Shown: in pieces, positions 24,059 through 39,157 of the stretch
Position numbering within the stretch: the stretch's first letter is position 1
Layout of the letters: every line of letters starts with the position of its first letter
NCBI GenBank assembly: GCA_051362555.1
Contig: CM120641.1
Coordinates: forward strand, 40,988,401 to 41,052,400
Source of the DNA: Lingula anatina
Lineage: Eukaryota; Animalia; Brachiopoda
DNA: 64,000 nucleotides
Reading direction: 5' to 3'
Notes under the pieces: model-generated
Seen by the model: only the letters and a program-made list of their open reading frames with translations
Told to the model about the DNA's origin: nothing
Database searches by the model: none
Program-made: the position numbers and the translations under genes

Positions 24059-25636
24059 CCTCTTTATAAATGGCAGCTTCAAAAGATGTTAAGAAGGTCA
24101 AGAGAAAATTTGCCCTGTGGAGTCTCTTTCACCATTTAAGAAGTCTCTTTCACCATGTAAGATAGGTTCATTCCTGGGGAATGGAAGGAGAGAAAGGAGG
24201 CGATGTAAATAAAGGACCGTTGTTCTCAGTCAGACTTTATATAATTGGTGACACAAAAACACAATCACTTTCACAGCTAAAGCACTACGATTTCCAGTTG
24301 CAGCACAGGAGTGCTTCTGTTCAAAGCTATAGGTCGTCCAGACGCCTTTGCTGCACATTTTCAGCTCAGGGGGCCTGTTCTCTCAAAGCTTTTAAAGGGA
24401 AAAAAGCAATAAGTGTCAGCAATGAAAATGAATAAAAATTGGCCCTATTTCCCCCTATTATGAAAGTTCAGGTCTCTGATTTATTTACTGCAATATTTTT
24501 TTTTGAAAATCTTCAATAATAATCAAATATTATAAAACATGTCATGAGGAAAACAACTTTGGGCATAGTAATTACCCGAAAGTGATATTTTGTATGAATT
24601 GATAGTCTATAACATGCCAAAGTTGTCTGTGTAACCTAGTTTGGGTGTGATTCCTGTGTTGGTGTTGCTATGAAGACTTGATGTCAAGATTTATTACTAA
24701 GTGAACACATTCTCATCTTATGAAATTCCTTGGGTGAGTTTGGAGGAGTTCTTTTACTGACTAATTAAAACATTTGGTCAACTAAGATCCAATATATGAA
24801 AATTGACACCTAGATCAATAAAATTATGTCAGTTGATCCGGTTTTTGATTTCAGGATCATTCATTAGACGTTGGGTGTGGAGTGTATTCATTGCGAGCAT
24901 ACGTAATACTGCATTCACTGTTAAGCATAAAACTGCATTCACTATTCCTAAAACAAGAATTTAGAACAGTCATTGTCTTTGCAAGATATGTAGACATTAA
25001 AAATTTGGGACATCTTCAAATACAGAATGTATGTCTTTAAATATAAAGTATTTTTTATTCTAGTACAATGTGAACAATTCATTTACAAGAAAAATGTAGT
25101 TTTTTCTCCCGTTTAACAAGAAATAAAAATGCTACCTGTTGACATGCAATAACAAGGGGTAGGTGTGCTCTCCATAATTAAATGCACTATTTAAAATACG
25201 CAACATTTTTAAAAGAACTGAAATACACTACATACGTAAATATAATAATTATGGCAAATACATATCCAGTACTTATATATGAAATACTGCAAGATAATAA
25301 CCCCCATATTGCTAGTTCTATGTAAAGTTCACTCCACTAACATATATACCAATAGGACAGGACTGGTTAATACAATTGGTCTCACATTTCTGATAATGAT
25401 TATTCATACGGCAAAGCCCACATAATGAAAACTTTCAGAAGTTAAAAATAACATTGCAGATACAAACTTAACTTCAACGCGGACTGGTAACAGGCCTCGA
25501 AATGTATTCTTTATATCAGCAGTATTACACAAGCATGAAATTAAGTCAAGCTTTTTATATAAATCAACACCCAGTTTTATCAAATAAAACCATGACCATT
25601 TAAGAATCTTATATTGAAACAGTAGCTGTAACAAAA

Positions 25637-25888
25637 CTTAAACCACGGCAAGCGCGTAGAACAAAAGACTCGGCCGTGCTGTATGCGACATACAAGCACG
25701 TCATGTACGAGTGCGTTCCACGGTCTGTTGCACTACTAGTGTAGTAGCCAATCAGAGGCCGTGGTTTAAGCCAGATACAACACTCGTCGCCGAGCTGTAC
25801 GTGAAAATTACTCGTGTATTGTCTCGCCTGCGGCTCGCCAATACACTCATAATATTTCACGTACAGCTCGGCGACTCGTATTGTATCT
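25637..25888. repeat. Two adjacent GC-rich hairpins (non-autonomous element, possibly Crypton-associated)
   Basis: cttaaaccacggc/gccgtggtttaag (25637-25770), then agatacaa...gtcgccgagctgtacgtgaaa / tttcacgtacagctcggcgac...ttgtatct with loop ctcgcctgcggctcg. Confidence 0.6.
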
Positions 25889-27698
25889 ATCACTTAAATT
25901 TTATTTTCATCTAATAGTTACATAAAACAAGCCAATGAATGTACTATTTAGACCCTTCAGGCTAGAGATGTATAATAAATACATTGAGTAAAAAACAAAT
26001 CATGATAATAAAGAAAACCCAATGATCAAGGTATTCTGTTAAAAACTAAATTTCAGCAGTTTAGTAGGGAAGCCCCTTCAGTCACAGTAAATATATACAG
26101 CCTAAAACACATAACGAAATCTCAAAGTTATGGTAATGGCCTTGTAAGATGCAAGTTGCCTGCAGAAATTCTCAGTCGAAATTTGGCAGAGATACCTACT
26201 GTATGCTCTATATAAAGCCTATAACCAGCCCAGGGATAGGACTTGAGGACGTTATTTCTTGTAGTCAAATCACCTGATAATATTAACTATATCAAACTTT
26301 TGAACCAAATCAATGACAAATTTGGCAAATTTTAGAAAAAATAAAACACTGGCATTTGAAATTTGTATTTGTTGGTTATTTGGCAAAAAATTTACCATTC
26401 AAGAGTCAGCCTTGCATTGCTTAAATGCTTAGTTGCAGTATATCCATACTGGAGACATTTGACCATGCAGCCAAGTGATCAATAACCTGAAGTTTACACC
26501 CAAGAGAGAGGCAATACATCATGGGGCCACTTCAGTTGAACATAGCCATGGGCATGACATTAAAAAACAATGCATAGTCATCCATTTTGTAACAGGACAT
26601 TTATCTGGCAAACTAAATGAGAACATTTTCAAGCTAAATGTATGCTTATTTGTAGTCTGAAAAATTGCAGATAATCAAGGCAGGCCTTGCTGCCCGTATG
26701 TTGCTATGAAATTAAATGCAATACTGATAAAACAATAACATATAGGAACAAGAGATAGTTAAAAGAATATAGTTAACAATCCATAATCACACTGCCCTTG
26801 GTTAACTAGTCAGGCATTTGCTCAACTTCTACTTGAAAATACCAGTTTTCCAAAACTATCATACACATAATGGTGCTCATATAGGTAACTGGTGTACCTC
26901 TATAAATAAAACAAAGTTTCTATGCTATATATAATTCAGGCACAACTCATCAAACCCTATTGGTATGTTGTTTTCAAAGTAAAAGTGAGATTGCCATAAC
27001 ATTCAAGAACTGTACAAGATAAATGCTGTAAACAATATTTTAACATTTCACATCTACAGCTACAGCAGTTTCCTTGTGGAAGAAATGTCACAAAGTGCTC
27101 ACTGGCACATGGTCACATTCACCAAGGCTAATTCATAAAGAGCAGCTTGTCCGAGGAACATGTTCTTCACACACCACACTTGTGTTTGTGAACATGACTT
27201 TTTAAATAAAAACATAATAGTCACCATGGAAACTTATCCCCTCATGTACATGTCCTCCCCATTTTGATTTTGGCATGTTCTTCAAGAAATTTTACCCACT
27301 CTCTATCCACTATGTGAACAAACTGGAACCCATGACAATTTGGCTCCAAACATGGAGGTATAAATGCAGTATTAAGTGATTACATCCTGATGAGAAGGCA
27401 CCCACATTCTTGTAGCAAAACCCACTGCCTTTCAAACCCAACTTTTTAATATTAGTGTTGTAAGCAAATAATCTGACCACAAGAGGCGATAAAGAACTTT
27501 AATGGATTTCTGAGATAAAGAGAACAGCAAATTCATGCTTTTTCAGAAAAAAATTAAATCATATGAAACGTATCTGATCCATGTCCACATAGCTAGGAGT
27601 CAATTAAGTTCTGAAGATGTCAACTCTTGGTTATATACAGTGGATTCCTAGTAATACATCAGTCCATTGTTTAATCCATGGTGGTGGTTTATCAAGTT

Positions 27699-29850
27699 CT
27701 ATAACGTCTTTGTCCTTTCTAACAGTTCTTCAATAAATTTCTGGAAAAAAAGAGCAGACAATGAATATTTACACACAGCTTCAACTAAAATCAATGGTTT
27801 TATTTTTACCAAAAAAAAAAAAAAAAAATCTTGTGTGTGAAAAAAATTTACCAGAATTCAAGGTCAATCTAGGAATAAGTGTGAAATGAAATTGGACAAA
27901 TAGTAATTTATATCAATCATGAAGATATTCAATACATACTTTGGTTAACCTCAATTTTAATATAAGATAATAAGATAATACAGAAATCAATAAGATAATA
28001 CAGAAATCAAGACAAAAAGGGAGGGACAACACTAAGAGCAAAATTTTATCTATAAAAGTGTCACCTTTTATATATACTTACAGACAGCACTTCTTGAGAC
28101 TGCGGTGCATTTGACACTTTTTCCTAAGTAAAAGTAAAAGTTCTAAATTAAATCTTATGAAATCTTCAAACATCTAAAAACTAAATACACCAATGAATAA
28201 GACAATGAGTAACTTTTAAACATAATAACTATTTCAAACCATTCCAAAGTGTAAGGATTATCAAATATGACCACCTAATAAGAAAGGACATTGACAATGG
28301 CCTGACCAGATTAAACCATTTCTAGAGATTTTAACATTTAAAGATTCATTAAAACCAGATATGTGTCATATAAATAATTATATGTGTTGAGATGAAGTGC
28401 TATCAAAATCACGAGAAATAGTTTTGCCAAAAAGGGTACTTTAGTGTGGTTTTCTGGATTCAGTTTTATACTACACTGTCTTCAGATCAGTTAGTGAGCT
28501 CTCATCTCATTCACTGCGCTCATCTTTTACTACTACTTCAAGAGAGAGAGAGAGAGAGAGCATGTTAACTTCCTTCTAAAAGAGAATAAACATGCCAAAA
28601 CTTCTTATTATAACATATAACATAGCAACTGTTTTGCTTTGATCATGATAATATTTTTGTTGTTGTTGTTTTTCAAAACAAGTGTAGTTATCTCTTAAAT
28701 ATAAATCTGGTTTCTTGCAAGGTTGGTGTTATAATATATGACTTTCAACATTGGAAAGGATGGTTATAAGTGAAGGTTGTAAACAAAAATGATTTAAGAT
28801 ATCCTTGCCATTTAGATTGCCTGATGATGTGAAAGAGGGTATTTTTGTATACATTTTCTGCAACACTTCAAATGCATCTTCAAAGAATAAACTAATCATA
28901 TGGGATCTCTACATTGTGAGACAGTTGCTGTCACAAACTTCTGTTATAATCTGACATCCAACACATTCTCCTTCAATATTTTATCAGAAATATCACTGTA
29001 ACTAAGAGACCACTGTAACATGAGAGTAGATCACAGGCATCTACAATTTTTCCAGCACACAATAGTACAAACCAGGTCAATATTCCATCTTTTACTACAA
29101 GTCTACCATCACAAATCCCACCTTAATCTGTGAACCTGAACGATAATACAAACAGAAATGCACCCACAGTGCTCTATTGGACCACTTAAATGCAAAGTAT
29201 AGAGGATTGTGGTGGAAAATAAATTGTAATCAAAACATTTTTCAGGGGTTCTCAAATGTTCAATTTTCTATTGAAGGATCTTTTCTCTTTCATGTTAACT
29301 TAAAAATATCCTAAAATATAAACATGCAAATTCAAGTTCAATCTTACAAAATTTAGTTTACAAGATTTAATACTGACAGAATGGCACAAGATTGGTTTTC
29401 ACACTGATCTAAACTTCATGGAGTTATTTCATTCAAGATGCGACTTCCAACTATTTTACAGTGTTATAAAAAACTCATAAAAAGCGAGTTTCAAAATAAC
29501 TCAAATTCTTTTCCTATCACACCATAGGTCATAAACTGCAGGCAAAGTACTGTGATAAGTATTGAATATTCAAGCAAGGTTTTTAACAGTCATTAAATAC
29601 TACCTTCGGGTGCAATACGGGAGATGTACATAACACTTACTTACCCATATAAATTGTCTTTTCTCATTATCTGTATCTAAATCTAAAACTTCATCCAAAT
29701 CTATTTCACAGTCATAAGTATCAGCATCGTCCTGAAATGAAATGGAAAATAATAAAATTAGAATCCTCTGTTTGGTGCCACTGATGGATTTTTTTTCTGA
29801 TAAGCATTTTAAAAAGATATTTCAATGAGTTAAATTACTAGAAATCTGAA

Positions 29851-29936
<86 letters not shown>

Positions 29937-32900
29937 AAAGCAAAAAATCATTCAACTGTTGTTCTTTACGGGTCACAGTAAAAGTTTGCCTTTTTTGGGG
30001 GGAGGGGGGGATGTATAACCTCATATATTGTATCTACAAACCTTAATATTCATCATATATTAATTGTTAACCAGAAACATTCTACAATACACCTATGGGG
30101 GCTTTACATGTCTTGTATTGCACATAACTATATTAACTGTATAGGAGAGGGCTACTTACAGGAGACAAATAAACAAGGCTGCGCATCAATAAAATAAAGT
30201 TTCTGTACTTAACTTGTGCTCCATAATATTTGAAGTTTTACACTTACTCTGTTGCATATATGTATATACCTATCCATTTGTTTTATTTATTTACTTATTT
30301 AATTTTGTGGAGAGCATTATAATGCTTCCAGCGCCTTGCCTCCACTTCATTCTTTTGAATAAACGTTGTTTAAAAAATAAAATAAAATAAAGTTTGCTAT
30401 CCCTAAAATTCTACATCCTCGTCAAACCCAATATGTGTGATTCAAGAAACCTAATTGATTGAAAGTAGTTATGTGCAGTGTATGGTCAGCATGAATGTGG
30501 GCAAACAAACAACCAAGTATGGTCCCTGGTCACTTGCCAAGGCTGTATAAATGAATGCACCACATTGGGTGCAGTGGACCAATTTGTTAGTGCACAATTA
30601 TCCACGTCTTATTTCTCATATTACTAATAGTGCTTGATTCTGATACCCGATAGATGGGATCAGGTCAATTCTGTTCAAAAAACAATTATCTATAATTTGT
30701 AATACAGACAGGCCATTCTATTCAGGTAAACTATGCCACAATTTTACTTCAGTATAAATAATTGGCATATTTGTGACAGCTTGCATCTAAATGATGTCAA
30801 TGTAATCAAATTAACATCATGTTTATGAAAATACAATGGAAGTAGGACATATATTATTGAGAAGATAATCTTCACTCCTTATGTAAAGATGATTATTTCA
30901 CACTGTGACAGTATAGGGGATATTAAGACGTGTAGGGAAATGTAACTTGTCAACCTACATGAAAATTGTCAACTGGGACCCTGTATCACCTCATCTGTGA
31001 TTGATGAATCATTTAACTCCTGTCACTGGGGAATTTATCTGTAGACACAATGCATCATGCTCTAAATAAAACCCAGCTTTGCAGCCACATGCTGTCTTTG
31101 ATGTGTATCTGACATACCCTAACACCAAATAAATAAAATTATTTTATAGATCATTTAGTCTTCTGGTGGTATCATCACAGAATGCTTGCTTTCAAATTCA
31201 GATGCACCAAAACAGACAGAATAACAAAAAATAAATTAAGAAGTCATATAAATAAATAAATGGAACTGGATAACTTTAAAACTTCAACTGAGACGCTTTT
31301 TTCATTACATGTCACTTAATAATTTGTCACAGATCATTTAACGTGTTCCACACAGTACCAGTGGCCGATTCCACACATCACAAACAAGTTGTTATTGTCA
31401 GATAATAATGATGCCCTCATGGGGAATTACTATTAAGCCCACAAACACATCTTAGGAGTCCACAGAAATCAAGATACATCAAAAGATATCCCCATACAGC
31501 ACTTATAAGACCAGAACATGGTGTCCTGTACTGACAGATAAGTAAACAGATATATACACACCCAATTGTCAGTGCATGGTCCATGTGATATATACACCCC
31601 TTGTCAGTGTGTGGTGCATGTGATATATACACCAGTGCGAGGCATGAATGAATGTGGCTTACACATTCTGGTCAGAGATAGTGGTTTAAACAGGGTGGTC
31701 CCCCCCCCCCTGCAAACAGAATTTTGGAGCTCTCTGACCCCTCCCCCAAATATTTTGAAAAGTCTATAGATGCTAAATTGTGTATTTGTGTGACATTTAA
31801 CAAAATGTTGAGAAAAGTGTAGACCAGCCTACACATCCCATGTGCACAAAACTGTCACAGTAATTTCCCTGAAGTCATAGGAAGCACCCCATGAGAATTA
31901 CATGAACATTCTGTTCCCATTTTGCTCATTAAAATGACGATATAATGTAATACATTATGTACATCTTATTGTTTAAACTTTATATAGACGTCAGTGAACT
32001 TTACCTCCATATTTTTGCAATAGAGCTATTTTTATTCAGAAAAACATGCAGAACTGTGCCATGAAGCTTATTGGTGATTTTTTTTATAGCAGCAAACCTG
32101 ACTCTCTTTTCCATTTATGTGTCTTTTCAGCCACACCCCTGGCATACATCTTCCAATGTTTGAAAATTGACAGGATTACCTTGGACTGGATGATCTTTCT
32201 GTATATTTAATCAGGTAATCAAGATGGGTATCAATCAGGATCAGTATCAAAACAGACTGGTCATAGGCCAACCATTGATGTGTGTGGGCACGTGCGCATG
32301 TGCATGTGTTTGGGGGGGGGGGTCAATTATAGTACACCATGGTGCACTGAGATCCCGGTGGTATAAAAAGTTGGATTATAGAAATATAGCACTGTACATC
32401 AGCTATTTAAATCCCTTTCATTATTTTCATTCATCAGATGGTGGTTATTGTTTTGCTTATGGCAGACCTGCTATAAAATAGGCATGACCTCATAAAGATG
32501 GAGCTGCTGGTAGGGAGAAGAACAGAAGTTCTACTGTCCCACATGGCATTAATCTAGAAAGAGGATGGTAATATTTAAACTGGTATGGCCACTGGCAATT
32601 TTCTGCTAAAACAAACAGTTCGAGATTGGCTGAATTTCTTGTTCAGTTGTAATGGTGCAACACACCTGACTGACTGCAACTAGCATAACAGAATGACACT
32701 TCTCTTCCTGGCATAAAGTAGAATACAAGCAGAAAACAGAAAGGTTGGTGATTATAGGGGTACATTGTGTCTATGGGAACAGTCCTCACTGAAAAAGTAG
32801 GAAAATTGGCCAGGGGTCCAGGGTACATGATTCACAAGAATGACCCAAATGACCGTGAAAAAGTCAGAATTCCGACAAAATCCGGAAAAGGCTCATCAGT

Positions 32901-35900
32901 GACACACTGTGTCAAAGTTTCACATCAAAACAAAATAAATGTGGTATTCTTAAGATGGATAACCACTCCATACACTTTCCGAGTAAGGCTAAAAACTTTT
33001 TAATTGCCCCACATCCTCTATAAGGTCAGAAAATAAATAGTCACTCCATCAGCTGATATACTTAGAGCTTGGAACTAATTAAGTTATGCAGAGTCAACAT
33101 GACTGGAAATGGTGTTTTTGTACAAAATGGAGAAGCCTACACCTGATACCTGGTAAACCCTACCGTCACCAGCATAAAGACAGAGGTAATAAATCAGCAT
33201 ACTAATCCCAGTAATAGTTCCCTATCAGAAAGGTCCTATGGGAATGTATAAGCAAGAAACTATCAGGAAGTCTGAAGATAAGTGATGACAAATACCTAAA
33301 TAAGAACTGCCAGAGCTTTACTGTCTGGCACACACTTGGTTTACTACTTTTCATGAACATCAAGTTGCAAGCACAGTGCCACAAGGCAATTTTTTAATAT
33401 CTGTGCAAGCTATTTTAATGGAAGTTTGACTACCTGAATGCAAACAACTTCAGAAAAAAAGATCTCAGCTGAAGTTGAAATGGCTTTATCACAAAGAGGT
33501 TTTGAACAATATCAACATTCCATAGTAATGTTAAATAGTTTCAAGGTTTTCTCATTACTATTTTAGTACTCATTTGTGGGTTGTATTCTCGGCTGTATTT
33601 TTAAGCCTACGTTCTATCAAAATTTCAACATTCTTCAAAACAGCATTTAATCCAACAAAAACTGACACATTACAAAATGTGTACACTTTGGCTCAAAGTG
33701 TGAAATACTACCATGTTTTCGTATATGAAGAGTCTTATTTATTGACTGATGTAAGAGTTGGCTTACACGTGAACGCCCAAATAATCTTCACAAACTACAT
33801 AGAGCAGAATATAGCAAACAATTGGCTGAGACGAACAACAAACAAAAATGGACCAATGTGGTAATCCAAATATCAAATCGGCAAATACAAATAGATGGTG
33901 GAAGCATTTGACTGACATATACTCTGCCACTGTCACATTTTTCTTTATTTAAATGCTTTCACCAAAGTAAATGTGTCAGGTCAGCTTTAAGATATCTTGT
34001 ATAACTTGTAATTGTGCAATGAACTAATGTTACTTTTCAAAATTACATGTCTCATGAAACCACATGATCTCCAAAAGGACACCTTCAGGTGTTACAGGAG
34101 CAGACAGGTGGCAGAGCTCTATAATTTTACCTGTGTTATCAAGGTTAAACAGGTGGGCAAAGGGGTGAACATAGTACCCATATCTCACCCACTGACACCA
34201 AAGGATATCTTTTATCATTGAAAAATGTGTGCAATTCCCATCCCAACTTACATGAAAATGTCAATATCATTATTACATAAAACATGAGGGAAAACTCAAG
34301 GATCTAAAGGATGCACGATGAAATAAACATTGTCAATGAATAACAATCTCATTAGTTTTTTTCTCACCCTCTATAATTATGGAAACAAGGATATTATTTA
34401 TATGAGTCAGAGGGCAAAAAAATCTAGCATATGCACTCAATGATGTTGATAAAAACTCTATGTAGTCTAGTACCTATTGCTGTTTTAAAGTGCCAATACC
34501 GGTGCCATATCTTTTTCTAAATGATACATTTCTTAAGGAATCTTAACTCGTTTTATACACTGTATCAACCTCTCTAAGCAAGACTATTTACCATAGAGTA
34601 CAACTGCTTTGTAAACTGGTGGAAATCTTTTATATTTAATCCAATAAAAAATTTGTTGCATAAGATAAACATATTTCAGGTACAAGTCTAATATATATAT
34701 TGATAAATTATTAATTCTACAGTTTGTGTAATGGACTGCATCACAACTTGATCAGAGTTTACTGCCTTAGATAAAAACATAATTTTCAATTAAATGTGTC
34801 CGCTTTTCAGTTCTAGACATCTTTCTCTGATGGGGTCCCAGTGAAATCATATATTATCGGCTCCTCTGAATTATGCCCCAACTCTCCAATATTCACTGCA
34901 CATTTTTAATTGCTGTAGCTTATGCAGAACCAAAGGTAGTGTTTATATTGCCTTCAATTCAAGATATATAGGTCATGTAAATACCTATGTAAACCTTGTA
35001 TTTGAACCCCACAAGAATGACTGAACTACATTAATATTTGAATTTGTATTCCATTGTATGTAAATGACCTGCTGCAAAGAAGAACAAACACTACCCGAGG
35101 CCAAAAAAGACAAGGGGGAATTATACCATTCGACCCATTTGGACTAGTGTGGACACCTTAAACCCTTATTCATTCTTTTGTAAAACGGGAATCTAATAAA
35201 GTCTTGGAAGTTTGAGTTTAAATGTCCAGAAAAGTAGATAATGAAAGACCTCCCATTAACCTTAATTACAACAGAGGTTACATAATGATCAACAATTTCA
35301 ATGGACTGAAATTCCATCGATATATCTCTAACAAACTGAGATCAATGCACATGAAATACACTACTGGGGTAACTGAATAAATCCAATCAATTTGGCATGT
35401 TATTTTGATATTCATTACTCAGAAGGTTGAGGTTTACAAATTAGATCTCCAGAAAATAAAGAACTCCTGAAATTTTCCTGCAACAAAAGAAAGAAAAGTC
35501 TGTTCATAGATGAGTAACTCTAGTGGCATGTGTGCACTTCTTCTGGTCCATGTGGCATTTGTTTGTTATTAACCATTAGACAAATAACCCTGTATCTCCA
35601 GAGTGAGAACCCTAATTTGCCCGTGCTGACCTACCACACAGAAACCAGACCGTGATTCAGAATCCATCTAGCTAAAAATACAGCTTCCTTCAAGCTCTCT
35701 TAATTTAGAGTTAAAAGCCAAATAATACAGTGCCCTAAAGTGCATATATACTAGCTGGCACTTGAGATCAGTCTTGATCCATTACATCAAGCTGGCAGCA
35801 TTTTGACCATAAAACAAATTCTCATGAGTGATGTTGCTTTCAATTATTCATAATACAGAACAATCAGACTACAGAAGCCTTTTTAAATGTTGTATGACCT

Positions 35901-37797
35901 GGAGAAAGTAATCAAGGTTTAAAACCCATGATTATTGGTCAAAGTTCCACCTTTAAATTACGGCATCCCTTGCTACAGTTCATACATACTCAACAACTTT
36001 TCACATGGGTATAGTATTACTAAATAAAATAATGATATTTTTGTTTCAATGTGTCTGGAACAGAAGGAACTTCAGAGTCAGGACGTACATGTATGTGATT
36101 ATTGGCAAAAATAGCCTGAAGTGTCACAAGCAATTTCCAGCTGTTACCATGAGATTGAACATGGCGAAATGACTCATCGCAAATTAGAACCTTTGGTAAG
36201 ATTTGAACTAGGATGCTTATGCCTGGCAGAAATATCTCACTGACTTATGTTAAAACAATTTATTTTAAAATCCCGATGTATGAGTGCATTTTATGACCTT
36301 AAGCCATTGTGTGATTGTCCTCACTAAAGAAGAGCACTCAACTATATCACAGTATACTTATGTTAAGTAGTTTAACCCCATAACAACCATCTGACAGGTG
36401 GTCTAATTTGGCAGATATGTCTTTATTAAAACACAAGTCTATCTTAACACAGTATGTAACATTCAAGTTGGACCTCACTGCACCTAAATTTTATGGGGCA
36501 ATTATTTTTGCCTGGGGTAAATACCAATCAATTATATTTGCCTGAGGTAAATACCCATTTTTTAGCTAGGAGTGGGCATACCATTACTTAAAAGACCTAT
36601 GTGATGAGACAATGATTAGTACAGGTTATCTAATAAAAGTCTATCTTTAAGACAACAATGTTTAGTTTTCAAGGGATGGGGGGGGGGGGGGCATGTATAA
36701 TGCTTGAGATTGTTACCTATTTCCATTATCATGCTAAACATGTAAATAAATTTATCATTGATGTATATGTGTATTAAATATCATTCCTAAGCTGGAGCAC
36801 ATATAAATGTTTTACCTACCACCAGTCAATTGAAAGTCTGTCTTCAAATTAAAGACAACTTTTTTTTTTCTTCTAGACTTGGATTGGTGTATTAGCCAAA
36901 ATCATCACAAAAATGCTTAGAACTTAACAGTGGATTAAAATCATTTCATAATGCTAAAGGTGTAAACAGACTTATATAGGCAAGCTCTTGAACTATTTTA
37001 ACTCTAAGTTATAAACATCATATTTTGGTAAAAATTGTCCATTTTGATCATACCAAAATAATTTTTATCCAATTAAAATGCTTATTACTCCACATAGGTA
37101 AGCACTTTGCTGGGATGCTTTGACACAGTGGTTGAAGTCTTTGTCTGCCAGTTTGTTCAAGTGTATGTGGTGATTTTTTATAAATACATACATTGTTTTC
37201 TATCTGGGCAACATTAAGGCCTAAATCATTTAAAAGGACCGTTTAATAAAATGCAAGCTATCGTAACACATTAAATAACTTTACAGCGAACGAAATAAAT
37301 CAAGATGATCTCCATCAACCAATTATTTATGCTAAGATTCGTGGCTATGTGTGTGTGTGTGTGTGTCAAATGTTTAGATGATCAGGAAAATATCATGTGT
37401 AGACCTGTATAATACAGTGTATACATGACAACATGGTACGGGCGCCACTGGTCTCCCATCTGTCACGTTTTGGTCTGTGGAAGGACACTTACATCCTATG
37501 TTATATAGTCTGAATACTTACTTCACAGTCATATAAATCCCTTAACTGATCGTCAACCCAATCTTCCACTTTAAGTCTCTTTCGAATTAAAACCATTTGC
37601 TGTGCTCCATATTTTGCTGTAAAATATTTCTGTTTCTGTTCATGCACTTCATCTCGTTTCGTTGGTGTGTGAAAGTTCACAGCATGATTTCCCGGTGAAG
37701 TATTGTTGTGGACAGTGTTAGCAGGTGCTGCGGCGTTCCTATACGAGTTCATGTCAGCTACTGCTGGAGTAGTCCCTGTACTTGTGAACGTCGCCAT
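27699..37797 (-). CDS. PPP1R14: PKC-potentiated PP1 inhibitor, PPP1R14 (CPI-17/PHI-1) family (148 aa, 4 exons)
   Basis: Exons 37797-37522, 29731-29645, 28123-28082 and 27740-27699, all phase 0 GT-AG. KYFTAKYGAQQMVLIRKRLKVEDWVDDQLRDLY|DDADTYDCEIDLDEVLDLDTDNEKRQFIW|EKVSNAPQSQEVLS|KFIEELLERTKTL. Confidence 0.9.
30305..30391 (+). mobile_element. Second copy of the short A-tailed element
   Basis: ttgtggagagcattataatgcttccagcgccttgcctcca...gaataaacgttgtttaaaaaataaaataaaa is the reverse complement of 8760-8826. Confidence 0.65.
31549..31634. repeat. Minisatellite, about 35-38 bp unit, about 2.5 copies
   Basis: gatatatacac...ttgtcagtg...tggt.catgt repeated. Confidence 0.7.
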
Positions 37798-39126
37798 CAC
37801 TTCACAACACGAACACCATGCACCCTACAGTTTATCGTCTGAAAATAGTGCGGTCATCTGTTCAATAAATATTACTTCGCGGAGAGGGGGAAACCTCACG
37901 TGCCAGGATCACATTTGAAAGGTGCGTGCGGTTAAACGTCTTTATTATATTGCTATGCTGACTGTTCCCATTCAAATTTTACCAGTTGTCTTTTCTCTTC
38001 GTACCTTGGTAGAAATAAATCTGCTTAGAATGCAAACGAACTTTTTTCTTCACACCTGGCGCATAAGAATATCGGTTCAGGTTTGTGAGGAGGCCTGTCA
38101 GGTATATTGATGTATTGAAAAAATCAGCGTCATTTAAGATCACGTTTCGTGTCAAGTTACAGTCTAAATTATTTCAAATGTAACAATTACAAAGGGAGTT
38201 TTGGCATACTTTTTTGAATTGAATGTAAACAAACCGTAAATCAATATACATATTTAGGCTCAACTTTAAGATCTGCAGCCTTTGCGTTTTTATTTTTTTT
38301 CACAACAGGAGCTAGATAATGTTCATTATAAATTGGCCTTAATTAAATCACTTTGAGAACACCTCGAAAAAATACTATTTAGTCGACTTGTTATATATCC
38401 ATATGTATTAATCTCTCCGTTTGGTTCGAAACGGTAACATCTTGTTTTAATGAAATTAATAGAATGAGAATTCCTTTATTCACAATGACGGCAAAGCTAG
38501 GAGTAACACTTTTTTTAGATAAAATGTTCCGCTGGCAATGTTTTTTTCCTCTTGTGTAACGACAGATTTTCTCCTTTTTCGTAATCGACACACTACAGCT
38601 AGTAGTCACATGCAGTTAATTTGTGAGACAAGTACTAGTATGAGAAAATTGATTTTGCGTGAATTGCTCACCTGCTATAAAATAATTAATTGTAAATCTG
38701 ATCAATTCTTGAAACTATCTAGCTTTTAAAAGATAAAAATTACAGCATATTAAACGCAAAAAATGTGTTTACAGAAACAAACGAATATTAAAAAAAAAAA
38801 AACATCACAAGTATGCACTTACGTCGGTTTGAGGGAGAACCGATTTTACATGATTTTAGGACTCACGTTTAAAACAAGGGCCGACACGCTTTCTTATCTT
38901 CTTTGTTTACTCCAACAGTCTCGATGGGTTGGTTCTTAGACAGATAAGAAATAAAATTCCAAATACCAGAAGATAATGGAACTCATTTATAATACGAGCT
39001 TGGCGGCTTTGCCGAGTTTGGTTGTGTTAGAGAAGGCAATGTTTAAATGGCGCAATCTCTTTAGGAGTTGGTTGGTTTTTAACAGACTGCCCTCCTCCCC
39101 CTTTTTTTATTATTTTTTCTTTTTTT

Positions 39127-39157
<31 letters not shown>

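Noticed and set aside
29732-37521. Nested gene or RNA gene in the 7.8-kb PPP1R14 intron; SINE-like fragments near 33100, 35600 and 36100
   Set aside because: The short ORFs have no recognisable domains or consistent splice pattern, and the fragments are too decayed to define.
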